NCBI GenBank assembly: GCA_963665325.3
Contig: OZ224045.1
Location: 928,001 to 992,000, forward strand
Direction of reading: 5' to 3'
Length of the DNA: 64,000 nucleotides
Source: Alphaproteobacteria bacterium
GTDB taxonomy: Bacteria; Pseudomonadota; Alphaproteobacteria; Bin95
Part shown: piece after piece, positions 20,901 to 29,011 of the stretch
Position numbering within the stretch: the first letter of the stretch is position 1
How the letters are laid out: the number at the start of each line of letters is the position of its first letter
The notes under the pieces: model-generated
The model's database searches: none
Seen by the model: the letters and a program-made list of their open reading frames with translations, nothing else
Told to the model about the DNA's origin: nothing
Made by a program: the position numbers and the translations under genes

Positions 20901-21496
20901 CAACCGGTCTGACCGCTGCCGTCTTCACTATCGGAATATGTGCCTCGGAGCACGAACGCCTCGTCCGCCGTCGTCGCCGTGCTCTTTACGACGACGGAGT
21001 AGTCGGCATCCGGTTGCAGCACTACCGGGGTCTCTGCTTTGAAGGTCAGCGTACCCGTTCCCCGTGTCGGGTTGGCCAGGGTTGCGAGCGACGTCATGGG
21101 AATGCCCCGGAAATCCGCTTCGTAGATGTAGACGGTCGGAACGATTCCTGCCGGCCATTGTTCGATGCCCAGATCGACCTCGGTCAACAGCCAGGCGGCG
21201 TCGGACGGGCCCGTCACGAAGGAAATGGCAAGTACATAACTCTCCTGAGCCGTGAGTGCGTCCCTGTTTAGCGGCGCGTCGGTCGTCTGCGCCGTGTTGG
21301 ACACGAGCACGATCGGTGTCTGCGCCCACGCAGGCAGTGCTGTGAGGCATGCCCAAAGCACGGCTGCCGCAATTACCGGGAACCGGAGCAGATGGAAGAC
21401 AGCGCCCTGGCCTGCATCGATTGAGGCAACGAAGCCGGCGGTTCTGCCCGTGTTCCGGTCTATGCGGCGAGCGCATCGATGGCGGCGCGCTTGCAT
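17930..21496 (-). CDS. Autotransporter-like outer-membrane adhesin with Calx-beta domain
   Basis: Signal ending PAWAQ; VTVDYATSDGTATAGADY Calx-beta; WLSRFGRTVA linker; beta-barrel ending in LSARW; start codon uncertain. Confidence 0.82.
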   Translation of the reverse strand: MQARRHRCARRIDRNTGRTAGFVASIDAGQGAVFHLLRFPVIAAAVLWACLTALPAWAQTPIVLVSNTAQTTDAPLNRDALTAQESYVLAISFVTGPSDAAWLLTEVDLGIEQWPAGIVPTVYIYEADFRGIPMTSLATLANPTRGTGTLTFKAETPVVLQPDADYSVVVKSTATTADEAFVLRGTYSDSEDGSGQTGWSIETITHLSDNEAIWDGEGANTAASQLAVKFTARGYDGESGPGPTGTIRQCGARLGSLDRNRREVALDICWERPVEVPADSVVIEERARYSWDSSDERFSPWKEVGRGDSYTSCTGGTACIQFTKGGLFRGTAFTAEMRMRLGNAVVAVSPQLKAQAPNGNSSVLEATLSKAVHEEDWHAIEEVTGPFAMELYFTDPNVRAVATEAVQDLDPTDFDVTNGTVTAVEVWNGGTYKVRATPATLGMPVTIRLRANTVKGVGEGLTDEGGNNYTRDNTASNLVVQPSKAPAGDGLRSLRGGLMAAWESVPEAHTGKGTFTVRLRFTEPIATSYVALRNRAIQVTGGTVRKAWRVKGRRDLWSVRVAPSSHEPVTLVLPRRTNCRAAGAVCTAGGTPLSYGIARIVPGPASFSVADAEVREATGATLDFKVTLSRTLDRDVTVDYATSDGTATAGADYTHVSDTLTFAAGATEMTVAVPVLNDSHDEKFETLTLTLSNPSPGTRIEDGEATGAIRNTDLMPQAWLSRFGRTVADQAIDAVEGRLRASRLPGVRATVAGQRLISAAPREAGLGPRTDRIGASAHDKDASRHSSRALTERTFLTGLSFAVTGGGADGGAGALWGQGAVSRIRGREGDLHLDGEVATGFLGADWTFGQALAGIAVAHSRGKGDYRAPDGDGEVSSVLTGVYPYGSYELSERLSVWGIAGYGSGRLTLTPKAAAPIGADMDLAMGALGLRGTVVAAPEEGGPELAMTTDAMAVRTSTGAGRGPGGRLAAAEADATRLRLGLEGSWRGARAGDPVPTLEIGVRHDGGDAETGLGLDLGGGLAWSHPESGLSAEVKGRGLLTGDSRGFRDRGLSASLAWDPAPDSDRGPSLALDRTVGASATGGMDALLRRETLAGLTTQGGREDFSNGTFGLRLTYGFGVAEGCCTLTPELRLGFASNRQDFSLGARLDLVRNGPTAFALQVQTTRREHANDNTGPEHGIGLTLSARW

Positions 21497-21654
21497 GGCT
21501 CGCACTCTCCCCTTGCAAGGGAGCGAACATCCGGCAGGGGGGACCGGACGGCATCGCACGATCTTGCTGTCCCACCGCCCTTTCCTGCTGATTCAGGGCC
21601 GGAGCGCCAGCCGGCGCCGTTCCCACGGGATCGGAGAAATTGCCCGGGTGCCAA

Positions 21655-21895
21655 GCCGGTAGTTCAGTCGCCCAGAGGAATGAATTCGACGCAGGACAAA
21701 CGTGACCGCTCGGCACGCCGGGACGATCGAGCACCGGGTGTCTGAAGCCTGTTATGCCATCGATGCATGCTCTCAATACTGGAAAGCATTATCGCTCCGG
21801 GCGCCTGGCCGGTAGTTCAGTCAGCAGGGGGAATCGATTCGACGCAGGACAATCGTGGCCGCTCGGCACACCGGGACGATCGGGCACCGGGTGTC
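21655..21895. repeat. Two ~88-bp imperfect direct repeats (21655-21742, 21808-21895)
   Basis: gccggtagttcagtc...ttcgacgcaggacaa.cgtg.ccgctcggcac.ccgggacgatcg.gcaccgggtgtc occurs twice with a 153-bp period. Confidence 0.9.
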
Positions 21896-21927
21896 CGGCG
21901 GCGGTACCGCCAGGGACGAGAGGAATC

Positions 21928-22824
21928 ATGGACCGCCTGGGGGAGCATGGGCGCGCGAAATACACGACCGGCACCCGGCTCGGGACCAGCGAGAGCCGGG
22001 GCTGGAAAGGTTTGCTGGCGGAACGCTGGCGCCATTCCGAGGGGGATCTCGGCGAGGTTCGGATCCGGGACACCGAAGTAATCGTGCTTCTGCGGGGCTC
22101 CCTGCATGTCAGGCGTCGGGGCGACGGCCGGCTCCAGCGCTGCGATGCAATTCCCGGCACGGTCTGGCTATGCCCGAGGGGCGTTCACGAAGACATGGTC
22201 CGTCTTTACGGTGAGGTCGAGGAGAGCATCCATCTCTTCCTTCCCGCTGCCCCCCTGTCGCAAACCGTGCTTCGGGAGTTCGACGTCGACCCCGCCAAGG
22301 CCGTGCTGCAGTACAAAGGGGGATTCCACGATCCGCTGATCGAGCGGATCGGGCGCGCCATCCGCAGCGAGCTGGTGGACCCTGCGCCGGGCGGATCGAT
22401 GCTGGCGGAAACCCTGGCCCTGGCGCTCGGCGTCCACATTCTGGGGCGCTATTCCGGTTTGCGGCCGGCATCCCTGCCGCTGCCGGTGGCCCGCGGCGGC
22501 CTCGATCCCCTTCGCCTCAAGCGGGTCGTGGAATTCATCGACGCCCATCTCGGCGAAGGCCTGACCGTCGAGGCGCTCGCGAACGAGGCCTGCCTCAGCC
22601 CGTTTCACTTCGCCCGCGCCTTCAAGGCGGCGACGGGGACGAGCCCGCACCGATATCTCACGGACCGCCGGGTGGACACAGCGAAGTCCCTGATTGCTGA
22701 GGGCCGGCTCCCTCTCGCCGAGATCGCCAATTTGTGCGGGTTTTCCTCCCAGTCCCACTTCACCCGCTGCTTCAAGCGGATCGTCGGCGCCACGCCGGGG
22801 ACCTATCGGGAAAGCTGCCTCTGA
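21928..22824 (+). CDS. AraC-family transcriptional regulator
   Basis: LSPFHFARAFK..TG.SP, CGFSSQSHFTRCFKRIVGATPG. Confidence 0.93.
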   Translation: MDRLGEHGRAKYTTGTRLGTSESRGWKGLLAERWRHSEGDLGEVRIRDTEVIVLLRGSLHVRRRGDGRLQRCDAIPGTVWLCPRGVHEDMVRLYGEVEESIHLFLPAAPLSQTVLREFDVDPAKAVLQYKGGFHDPLIERIGRAIRSELVDPAPGGSMLAETLALALGVHILGRYSGLRPASLPLPVARGGLDPLRLKRVVEFIDAHLGEGLTVEALANEACLSPFHFARAFKAATGTSPHRYLTDRRVDTAKSLIAEGRLPLAEIANLCGFSSQSHFTRCFKRIVGATPGTYRESCL

Positions 22825-22883
22825 CCGGACAGGTCCCCGCGAGAAACTGTCCCGGCCCCACCTTGCTTCCCGCCGACAGCTGG

Positions 22884-23015
22884 CTAATTTCCCTTCCTCC
22901 CGCAGCCCTCTCCGGAAATCCTTGGCCGCCTTCTTCCTGCCCGTGCTTGCCATGCTGGCGGCGTTCGGGCCGCTTTTCATCGACATGTACCTGCCAAGCC
23001 TGCCGGCCATCGGGC
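22884..23015 (+). repeat. Copy 2 of MFS gene 5' end
   Basis: ctaatttccc...ctgccggccatcgggc is nearly identical to 23378-23509. Confidence 0.95.
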
Positions 23016-23048
23016 CCTCATTTCCGCAAACAGCCAACGGAGTTAACC

Positions 23049-23327
23049 ATGGCCGACGCAATTCATCCGGGAGAGCATCTGGCGGAGATTCTCGATGAAC
23101 TCGGAATCAGCCAGTATCGCCTCGCCAAGGCCATCGGCGTCCCGCCGAGGCGCATCAATGAGATTGTGCATGCCCGCAGGGCGGTGACGGCCGATACCGC
23201 CTTGCGTATGGGCAAGGCTCTGGGAATGACGCCCGACTTCTGGCTCAACCTGCAGGCCATGTACGATCTGGACCGCGCCAGAAGCACGCTCAGCGTGGAG
23301 ACAATCGAGACCCTGGTCGCGGCCTGA
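23049..23327 (+). CDS. higA: HigA-family antitoxin (no adjacent toxin)
   Basis: IHPGEHL, RINEIV..RAVTADTALR, FWLNLQAMYDL. Confidence 0.9.
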   Translation: MADAIHPGEHLAEILDELGISQYRLAKAIGVPPRRINEIVHARRAVTADTALRMGKALGMTPDFWLNLQAMYDLDRARSTLSVETIETLVAA

Positions 23328-23415
23328 GCCGGGAAAGCAGTTCGCCGCCGCCAGCCTTGCCGCCGCGCAATCGCCGCCTAATTTCCGTTCCTCCCGCAGC
23401 CCTCTCCGGAAATCC

Positions 23416-24594
23416 TTGGCCGCCTTCTTCCTGCCCGTGCTTGCCATGCTGGCGGCGTTCGGGCCGCTTTCCATCGACATGTACCTGCCGAGCCTGCCGG
23501 CCATCGGGCGCGAGTTCGGGGCCTCGGCCGGCGACGTGCAGCTCACGCTTTCCGCTTTCTTCGTCGGCTTCGGCATCGGGCAGCTTCTCTACGGCCCGCT
23601 CTCGGACCGCTACGGGCGCCGGCCGATGCTGCTGTTCGGCGTGTCGGTCTATCTCGTGGCGAGCGCCGGGGCGGTTTTCGCGCCGGATATCGGGGCGCTG
23701 ACCGCGGCGCGCTTCTTCCAGGCGCTCGGCGGCGGGGCGGCCACGGTGATCGCGCGGGCCTCGGTGCGCGACCGCCATTCGGGCGCGGAGGCCGCACGGA
23801 TGCTCTCCACGCTCATGCTCATCATGGGCGCGGCGCCGCTGCTGGCGCCCTCGCTCGGCGCGCAGGTGCTGCAGTTCGCGGACTGGCGCGCGATCTTCAT
23901 GCTGCTGGCGGGCTGGGGCGGGCTGGCGCTGCTGGCGGTCGTCTTTCTGCTGCCGGAGACGCGCCCGCCGGAGATGCGTTCCCGCGCCGGCCTCGGCTCG
24001 ATCTTCCTCAATTACGGCCGCCTCGTCTCGGAACGGCAGACGCTCGGCTGCGCGCTGGCGAGCGGCGGTGCGTTTGCCGGCATGTTCGCCTATATCTCCG
24101 GCACACCCTTCGTGTTCATGGAGGTGTTCGGCGTCTCGCCCGAGACCTACGGGCTGCTGTTCGCCGTTCATATCGTGGCGATCATGGCCGGCGCCTTCAC
24201 CAATCGCCGGCTGGTCGGGCGCTTCGGGCCCGCCGGCATGATGGCGCGCGGCACCGCCCTGCTGCTGGCGGCGGGCCTCGCCCTCATTCTCGCCGTGCTG
24301 CTGCTGCCGGGAAGCCTCGTCGCCATCGTCGCAGCGCTGCTCTGCTTCATGTTCGCGCTCAACCTCATTGCCGCCAACACCATCGTCATCGCCACGGCCG
24401 ACAAGCCGGAGCTTGCCGGCACCGTCATCGCGCTCATCGGCGCGGGCCATTTCGCGCTCGGCACGATTTCGGGCCTGGCAGTCGGCCAGTTCCACGACGG
24501 CACCGCGCTGCCGCTGGCGCTGACGGTTGCCGCCTGCGGGCTGGTTTCCTTCTCCGCCCATCGCTGGCTCGTGCGGGCGCCGGACGCCGATTGA
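23416..24594 (+). CDS. Bcr/CflA-family multidrug efflux MFS transporter
   Basis: IDMYLPSLP, GPLSDRYGRRP, LPET; about 12 hydrophobic segments. Confidence 0.92.
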   Translation: MAAFFLPVLAMLAAFGPLSIDMYLPSLPAIGREFGASAGDVQLTLSAFFVGFGIGQLLYGPLSDRYGRRPMLLFGVSVYLVASAGAVFAPDIGALTAARFFQALGGGAATVIARASVRDRHSGAEAARMLSTLMLIMGAAPLLAPSLGAQVLQFADWRAIFMLLAGWGGLALLAVVFLLPETRPPEMRSRAGLGSIFLNYGRLVSERQTLGCALASGGAFAGMFAYISGTPFVFMEVFGVSPETYGLLFAVHIVAIMAGAFTNRRLVGRFGPAGMMARGTALLLAAGLALILAVLLLPGSLVAIVAALLCFMFALNLIAANTIVIATADKPELAGTVIALIGAGHFALGTISGLAVGQFHDGTALPLALTVAACGLVSFSAHRWLVRAPDAD

Positions 24595-24671
24595 CACCGG
24601 ACGCCCGGCCCCGGAAGATTCCGGAGTTCGGCCCGGAGCCGGCGCAGCGATGACAAAAGGATACGCCCCCG

Positions 24672-25772
24672 ATGGAGATCGGCTTTTTCAGCATGCCTTC
24701 GCACCCGCCTGAGCGCGACCTGCGCGAGGGCCACGAATGGGACCTCCAGCATATGCGCTGGGCGGACGAACTCGGCTTTACCGAAGGCTGGATCGGCGAG
24801 CATCACACCGCGCCCTGGGAGCCGCATCCCGCGCCCGATTTCCTGGTCATCGAAGGCCTCCGGCAGACGGAGAACATCCGGCTCGGCCCCGGCGGCTTCC
24901 TGCTGCCCTACCACCACCCTGCGGAACTCGCCAACCGGATCGCGATGATGGACCGGCTGAGCCAGGGGCGGCTCAATTTCGGCGTGGCCGCAAGCGGGCT
25001 GCCGAGCGACTGGCAGATGTTCAATGTCGATGGCATGTCCGGCGAGAACCGCGACATGACGCGCGAGGCGCTCGACATCATCCTGCGACTCTGGTCGGAC
25101 GAGCCCGAGTTCGACTACAAGGGCAAGTTCTGGCATGTGACCAAGGGCGCGGAGATGTTCGGCTTCCTGCGCCCGCACCTGTTTCCCCTCCAGAAGCCGC
25201 ACCCGCCCATCGGCGTGGCCGGCCTCTCCAAGAACTCCGACACGCTCAAGCTGGCGGGCGAGCGCGGCTTCCTGCCGATGAGCCTGAACCTGAACCCGGC
25301 CTATGTCGGCAGCCACTGGGATGCGGTCGAGGAAGGCGCGCGCAAGTCCGGGCGCACGCCCAGCCGCAGGGAGTGGCGCATGGTGCGCGAGGTCTTCGTC
25401 GCCGAGACGGACGAGGAAGCCTGGCGGCTCTCGGTCGGCGACATGATGGGCCGGATGATGGGGGACTATTTCCTGCCGCTGCTCGGCAATTTCGGCTTCC
25501 TGGAGTTCCTGAAGCACGACCAGGACGTGCCGGACAGCGACGTGACGCCGGAATATTGCGCGAAGCACAACTGGCTCGTCGGCTCGCCGGCGACCGTCGC
25601 CGAGAAGCTGGAGGCGGTCTATGACGATGTCGGCGGCTTCGGGCAGCTGCTGCTGTTCTGTTTCGACTATGCCGACAAGCCGGAAGCCTGGCACACCTCG
25701 ATGGGGCTGCTGATGAACGAGGTGCTGCCGAAGGTGAGCCACCTCACCCCCGAGGCCGCCGTGGCGGCGTAA
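24672..25772 (+). CDS. LLM-class (luciferase-like) flavin-dependent monooxygenase
   Basis: WIGEHH, LPYHHPAELA, GRLNFG, VGSPATV. Confidence 0.92.
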   Translation: MEIGFFSMPSHPPERDLREGHEWDLQHMRWADELGFTEGWIGEHHTAPWEPHPAPDFLVIEGLRQTENIRLGPGGFLLPYHHPAELANRIAMMDRLSQGRLNFGVAASGLPSDWQMFNVDGMSGENRDMTREALDIILRLWSDEPEFDYKGKFWHVTKGAEMFGFLRPHLFPLQKPHPPIGVAGLSKNSDTLKLAGERGFLPMSLNLNPAYVGSHWDAVEEGARKSGRTPSRREWRMVREVFVAETDEEAWRLSVGDMMGRMMGDYFLPLLGNFGFLEFLKHDQDVPDSDVTPEYCAKHNWLVGSPATVAEKLEAVYDDVGGFGQLLLFCFDYADKPEAWHTSMGLLMNEVLPKVSHLTPEAAVAA

Positions 25773-25872
25773 ACGGCGGTCCTGCCGTCCGGGGCCGGAA
25801 GGGCGGGGCCCCGCCCCGGTTGTCCTGCGCCGCCGGGCGGTCGCCCGGCTCGGTGCGCCAATTTGTCTCGAT

Positions 25873-25941
25873 AATGCGAACCATTCGCATATTGTGCGCT
25901 GTTGTGCTAGCCTCATGCATGCGAATGACTATTAGTCGCAT
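25873..25941. promoter_or_regulatory. Fur-like iron boxes upstream of the Fe3+-binding protein gene
   Basis: Palindrome ATGCGAA-CCA-TTCGCAT (25874-25890) and ATGCGA-N11-TCGCAT (25919-25941). Confidence 0.65.
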
Positions 25942-25961
25942 CGTGACGGGGAGTGGAACCC

Positions 25962-26969
25962 ATGCGAAATCGGCTCCTGGGACTCGCAGCGGCCGCGGGA
26001 ATTGCCGTCACCCCGGCCATGTCGGCAGAGGCAGCGGAAGTGAATGTCTATTCCTACCGCCAGCCGTTTCTCGTCAAACCGCTCTTCAAGGCGTTCACCG
26101 ACAAGACCGGCATCGAGGTCAATGTCATTTTCGCCAAGAAGGGACTGATCGAGCGCCTGAAAAACGAAGGTGCGGCCAGCCCGGCGGACCTGGTCTTCAC
26201 CGTGGATATCGGCCGGCTGCACGATGCGATGAGGGCCGACGTCGTCGAGCCCGTCAGGACCGACACGCTGGCCGCCAACGTCCCCGCCTCGCTCCGGGAT
26301 CCGGACGGCCATTGGTACGGTCTGACGACCCGCGCGCGCGTCCTCTTCATATCCCGCGACCGCGTTCCGGAGGGCGGCATCGAGACCTATGAGCAGCTCG
26401 CCGAACCCGAATGGAAGGGGCGCATCTGCACGCGCAGCGGCAAGCATGTGTACAGCATCGCGCTGACCGCCTCGATGATCGCCCATCACGGCAAGGAAAA
26501 GGCCGAGGAATGGCTGACCGGCCTGAAGGCGAACCTCGCCCGCCGGCCGCAGGGCAATGACCGCGCCCAGGTGAAGGCGATCCACGCCGGCCAGTGTGAT
26601 GTCTCCATCGGCAACCACTATTATTTCCGGAAGATGCTCGACGACCCGAAGCAGAAGCCCTGGGCCGATTCCGTGCGCGTCGTCTTCCCGAACCAGGCCG
26701 GCCGCGGCACGCATGTCAACATCTCCGGCGCCTCGCTGGTGAAGGGCGCGCCCAACCGGGCTAATGCCATAGCCCTGCTGGAGTTCCTGTCCAGCAGGGA
26801 AGGCCAGGGCATCTATGCCCACGTGAACGGCGAATATCCGGTGAGCGCCGATGTTGCGGGGCCCGAGAAGCTAGCCGCCTTCAAGGCCGACGCCCTGTCG
26901 CTTTCGCGCGTGGCGGAGCTGCGCGAGGAAGCCGGCCGGATGGCGGACCGCGTCGATTACGACGGCTGA
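25962..26969 (+). CDS. Fe(3+) ABC transporter substrate-binding protein (FbpA/FutA-like)
   Basis: Signal peptide; EVNVYSYRQ, SPADL..TVD, GNHYY, GTHVNISG. Confidence 0.9.
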   Translation: MRNRLLGLAAAAGIAVTPAMSAEAAEVNVYSYRQPFLVKPLFKAFTDKTGIEVNVIFAKKGLIERLKNEGAASPADLVFTVDIGRLHDAMRADVVEPVRTDTLAANVPASLRDPDGHWYGLTTRARVLFISRDRVPEGGIETYEQLAEPEWKGRICTRSGKHVYSIALTASMIAHHGKEKAEEWLTGLKANLARRPQGNDRAQVKAIHAGQCDVSIGNHYYFRKMLDDPKQKPWADSVRVVFPNQAGRGTHVNISGASLVKGAPNRANAIALLEFLSSREGQGIYAHVNGEYPVSADVAGPEKLAAFKADALSLSRVAELREEAGRMADRVDYDG

Positions 26970-27031
26970 GCCGACCGGGAGACCGAGTTCAGGTAACGGC
27001 GGGAAGGACCTCCTCCGTCCCTCCTTGCCGC

Positions 27032-27078
27032 TGCATGGGCGGCGCAACCGCGCAGCGCCGCCCATGCACTCCTTTTCC
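27032..27078 (+). terminator. Hairpin after the Fe-binding protein gene
   Basis: Perfect 14-bp stem TGCATGGGCGGCGC/GCGCCGCCCATGCA followed by CTCCTTTT. Confidence 0.5.
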
Positions 27079-27239
27079 GCCCGCAGTTTTCCGCTCTGGC
27101 GGCCCGGAATCGACCTGGTGTAACATTCGCGGCTGTATCGCAGCCCGCCGGGGGCGTCGGTCGGGGCTCCGGGGGGCCTTGCCGACGGGCTCCGGATACA
27201 GCCCCGCCAATGGAAATGCTCCGAACCGAGGCTCCGGCC

Positions 27240-28160
27240 TCAGCTGTCCAGCCGGTAAAACCGGGCGGCGGTGTCGTGGAAGAGCGCGCGCCGGTCCGGT
27301 TCGGTCAGGTCCCGGACCATGCGCTTGTAGGCGCTCATCATGTCGCCATAGCCGATCCTGAGTCCGTCCACGGGGAAGTTGCTGGCGAACATGCAGCGGT
27401 CCGCGCCGAACAGGCGGACGGTTTCGCCGACGAGCGGGCCGTTCTCCTCCTCGCGCCAGGGCCCGTCCGGCAGGCAGAGGCAGGAGAGCTTGACGGAGAC
27501 ATTGGGGCAGGCGGCGAGCGCCGCCATGCCGCGCCGCCAGAGGTCGAGCCCTTCCGGCGAGCGGTCCCACGGAAAGCCGGTGTGGTTCAGCACGATGGCA
27601 ACGCCGGGGAAGGCGCGGGCCACCTCCGCCGCCTCCTCCAGGTGCCAGGCCGGCACGCGCAGGTCCCAGGAAAGGCCGTAGCGCTCCAGGAGCGCGAAGC
27701 CGGCAAGCCAGTTCCCGTCCTGCATCGAGCCCGGCTGGCCGCGCACCGAGAGGCCGGGCCGCGCGGCCGTCACCGGTTTCGAGCGCACGCCCCGGAAGCG
27801 GCGGGAGGCTGCAACGTGGCGCTCCAGCACCTCGGCGCAGTCCTCCCGGTGGAACCAAGCATGGCCGACGATGGCGGCCGGCATGCCGTGCTCTTCGGCG
27901 ATGCGGTCCACCCAGATCGTCTCCTCGACCTGGAGGCTCCGGTCGCACTCCGCCTCGACATGGACGGTCGCGACGACATTGTGGTCGGCGGCGTCGCGGC
28001 GATAGTCGGCGGGCAGGTAGTTCCGCTTGAGCGGGGCGAGGTCGCCGAGGAAGAATTCGTGCGGCTCCGGGTCGGAAAGCCAGGGATAGCGAAGCGCCTC
28101 CAGGTCCCAAAGATGGTGGTGGGCATCGACAATCGGCAGGTCGGCATCGTCGGCGGACAT
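27240..28160 (-). CDS. Amidohydrolase family 2 (lactonase-like)
   Basis: IVDAHHHLWD, TVHVEA, LNHTG, FASNFPVD. Confidence 0.9.
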   Translation of the reverse strand: MSADDADLPIVDAHHHLWDLEALRYPWLSDPEPHEFFLGDLAPLKRNYLPADYRRDAADHNVVATVHVEAECDRSLQVEETIWVDRIAEEHGMPAAIVGHAWFHREDCAEVLERHVAASRRFRGVRSKPVTAARPGLSVRGQPGSMQDGNWLAGFALLERYGLSWDLRVPAWHLEEAAEVARAFPGVAIVLNHTGFPWDRSPEGLDLWRRGMAALAACPNVSVKLSCLCLPDGPWREEENGPLVGETVRLFGADRCMFASNFPVDGLRIGYGDMMSAYKRMVRDLTEPDRRALFHDTAARFYRLDS

Positions 28161-28231
28161 CGGGGTCTCCCGGCTGCGGGCGGCACTCATCCTGCCCCGG
28201 CCGCAAGCTGCGCGGAAGGCGGGAGGCGCAT

Positions 28232-29011
28232 GTGACGCTCGCCGCCGGAGACCCGCCGCCCTTCGCATCGAGGCCTGGCCGGGCGGAGTCGCCGGTCGTA
28301 TTCGTCTGCGACCATGCGAGCCATGCCCTTCCGGCCCGCCTGGGCGACCTCGGGATTTCCGAGGCCAAGCTGCGCGACCATATCGGCTGGGACCCGGGCG
28401 CAGCCGACGTCTTCGAATTGCTGGCGGCGCGCTTCGATGCCCCGGCGGTCCGGTCCGGCTATTCGCGCCTCGTCATCGACTGCAACCGCGACCCGGAAGA
28501 CCCGACCTCGATCCTGGAAGAGAGCGACGGCGTGGCGGTGCCCGGTAACCGGGGCCTCGATGCGGCCGCGCGCGCCTGGCGGCGGGATGTGCTGTTCGAG
28601 CCCTACCACGCCGCGATAGAGGACATGCTGGACGGCTGCCTTGCGCCCCGTGCGTTCGTCTCCGTCCACAGCTTCACGCCGCGGCTGGCGGGCGGCGAGC
28701 CGAGGCCCTGGCATGTGGGCACCTTCTGGAACGAAAGCGAAGGACTTGCCCGGCCCTTCATGGCGGTGCTGGCGGCGGAGGACGGCGTCCTCGTCGGCGA
28801 CAATCTTCCCTATTCCGGCCGGTCCCGGCGCGGCTACACGACCCGGCGCCATGCCGAGCCGCGCGGCATCCCGCATATCGGCCTGGAGATCCGCAACGAC
28901 CTCATCCGCGACGAGGCCGGCGCCGCCCTCTGGGCCCGGCGCATCGGCGACGCGCTGGAGGCGGCGCTCGGGCTAGGCCGCCATGCCGAGCGCAATGGCG
29001 GCGAGCACTAG
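28232..29011 (+). CDS. N-formylglutamate amidohydrolase family
   Basis: CDHAS, HIGWDPGA, YSRLVIDCNR, SVHSFTP, LEIRNDLI. Confidence 0.9.
   Translation: MTLAAGDPPPFASRPGRAESPVVFVCDHASHALPARLGDLGISEAKLRDHIGWDPGAADVFELLAARFDAPAVRSGYSRLVIDCNRDPEDPTSILEESDGVAVPGNRGLDAAARAWRRDVLFEPYHAAIEDMLDGCLAPRAFVSVHSFTPRLAGGEPRPWHVGTFWNESEGLARPFMAVLAAEDGVLVGDNLPYSGRSRRGYTTRRHAEPRGIPHIGLEIRNDLIRDEAGAALWARRIGDALEAALGLGRHAERNGGEH

Noticed and set aside
21655-21895. Possible CRISPR array
   Set aside because: Only two long imperfect units and no cas genes
28973-29011. 39-bp convergent overlap of ubiA and the amidohydrolase gene
   Set aside because: Short tail-to-tail overlaps are common in GC-rich genomes
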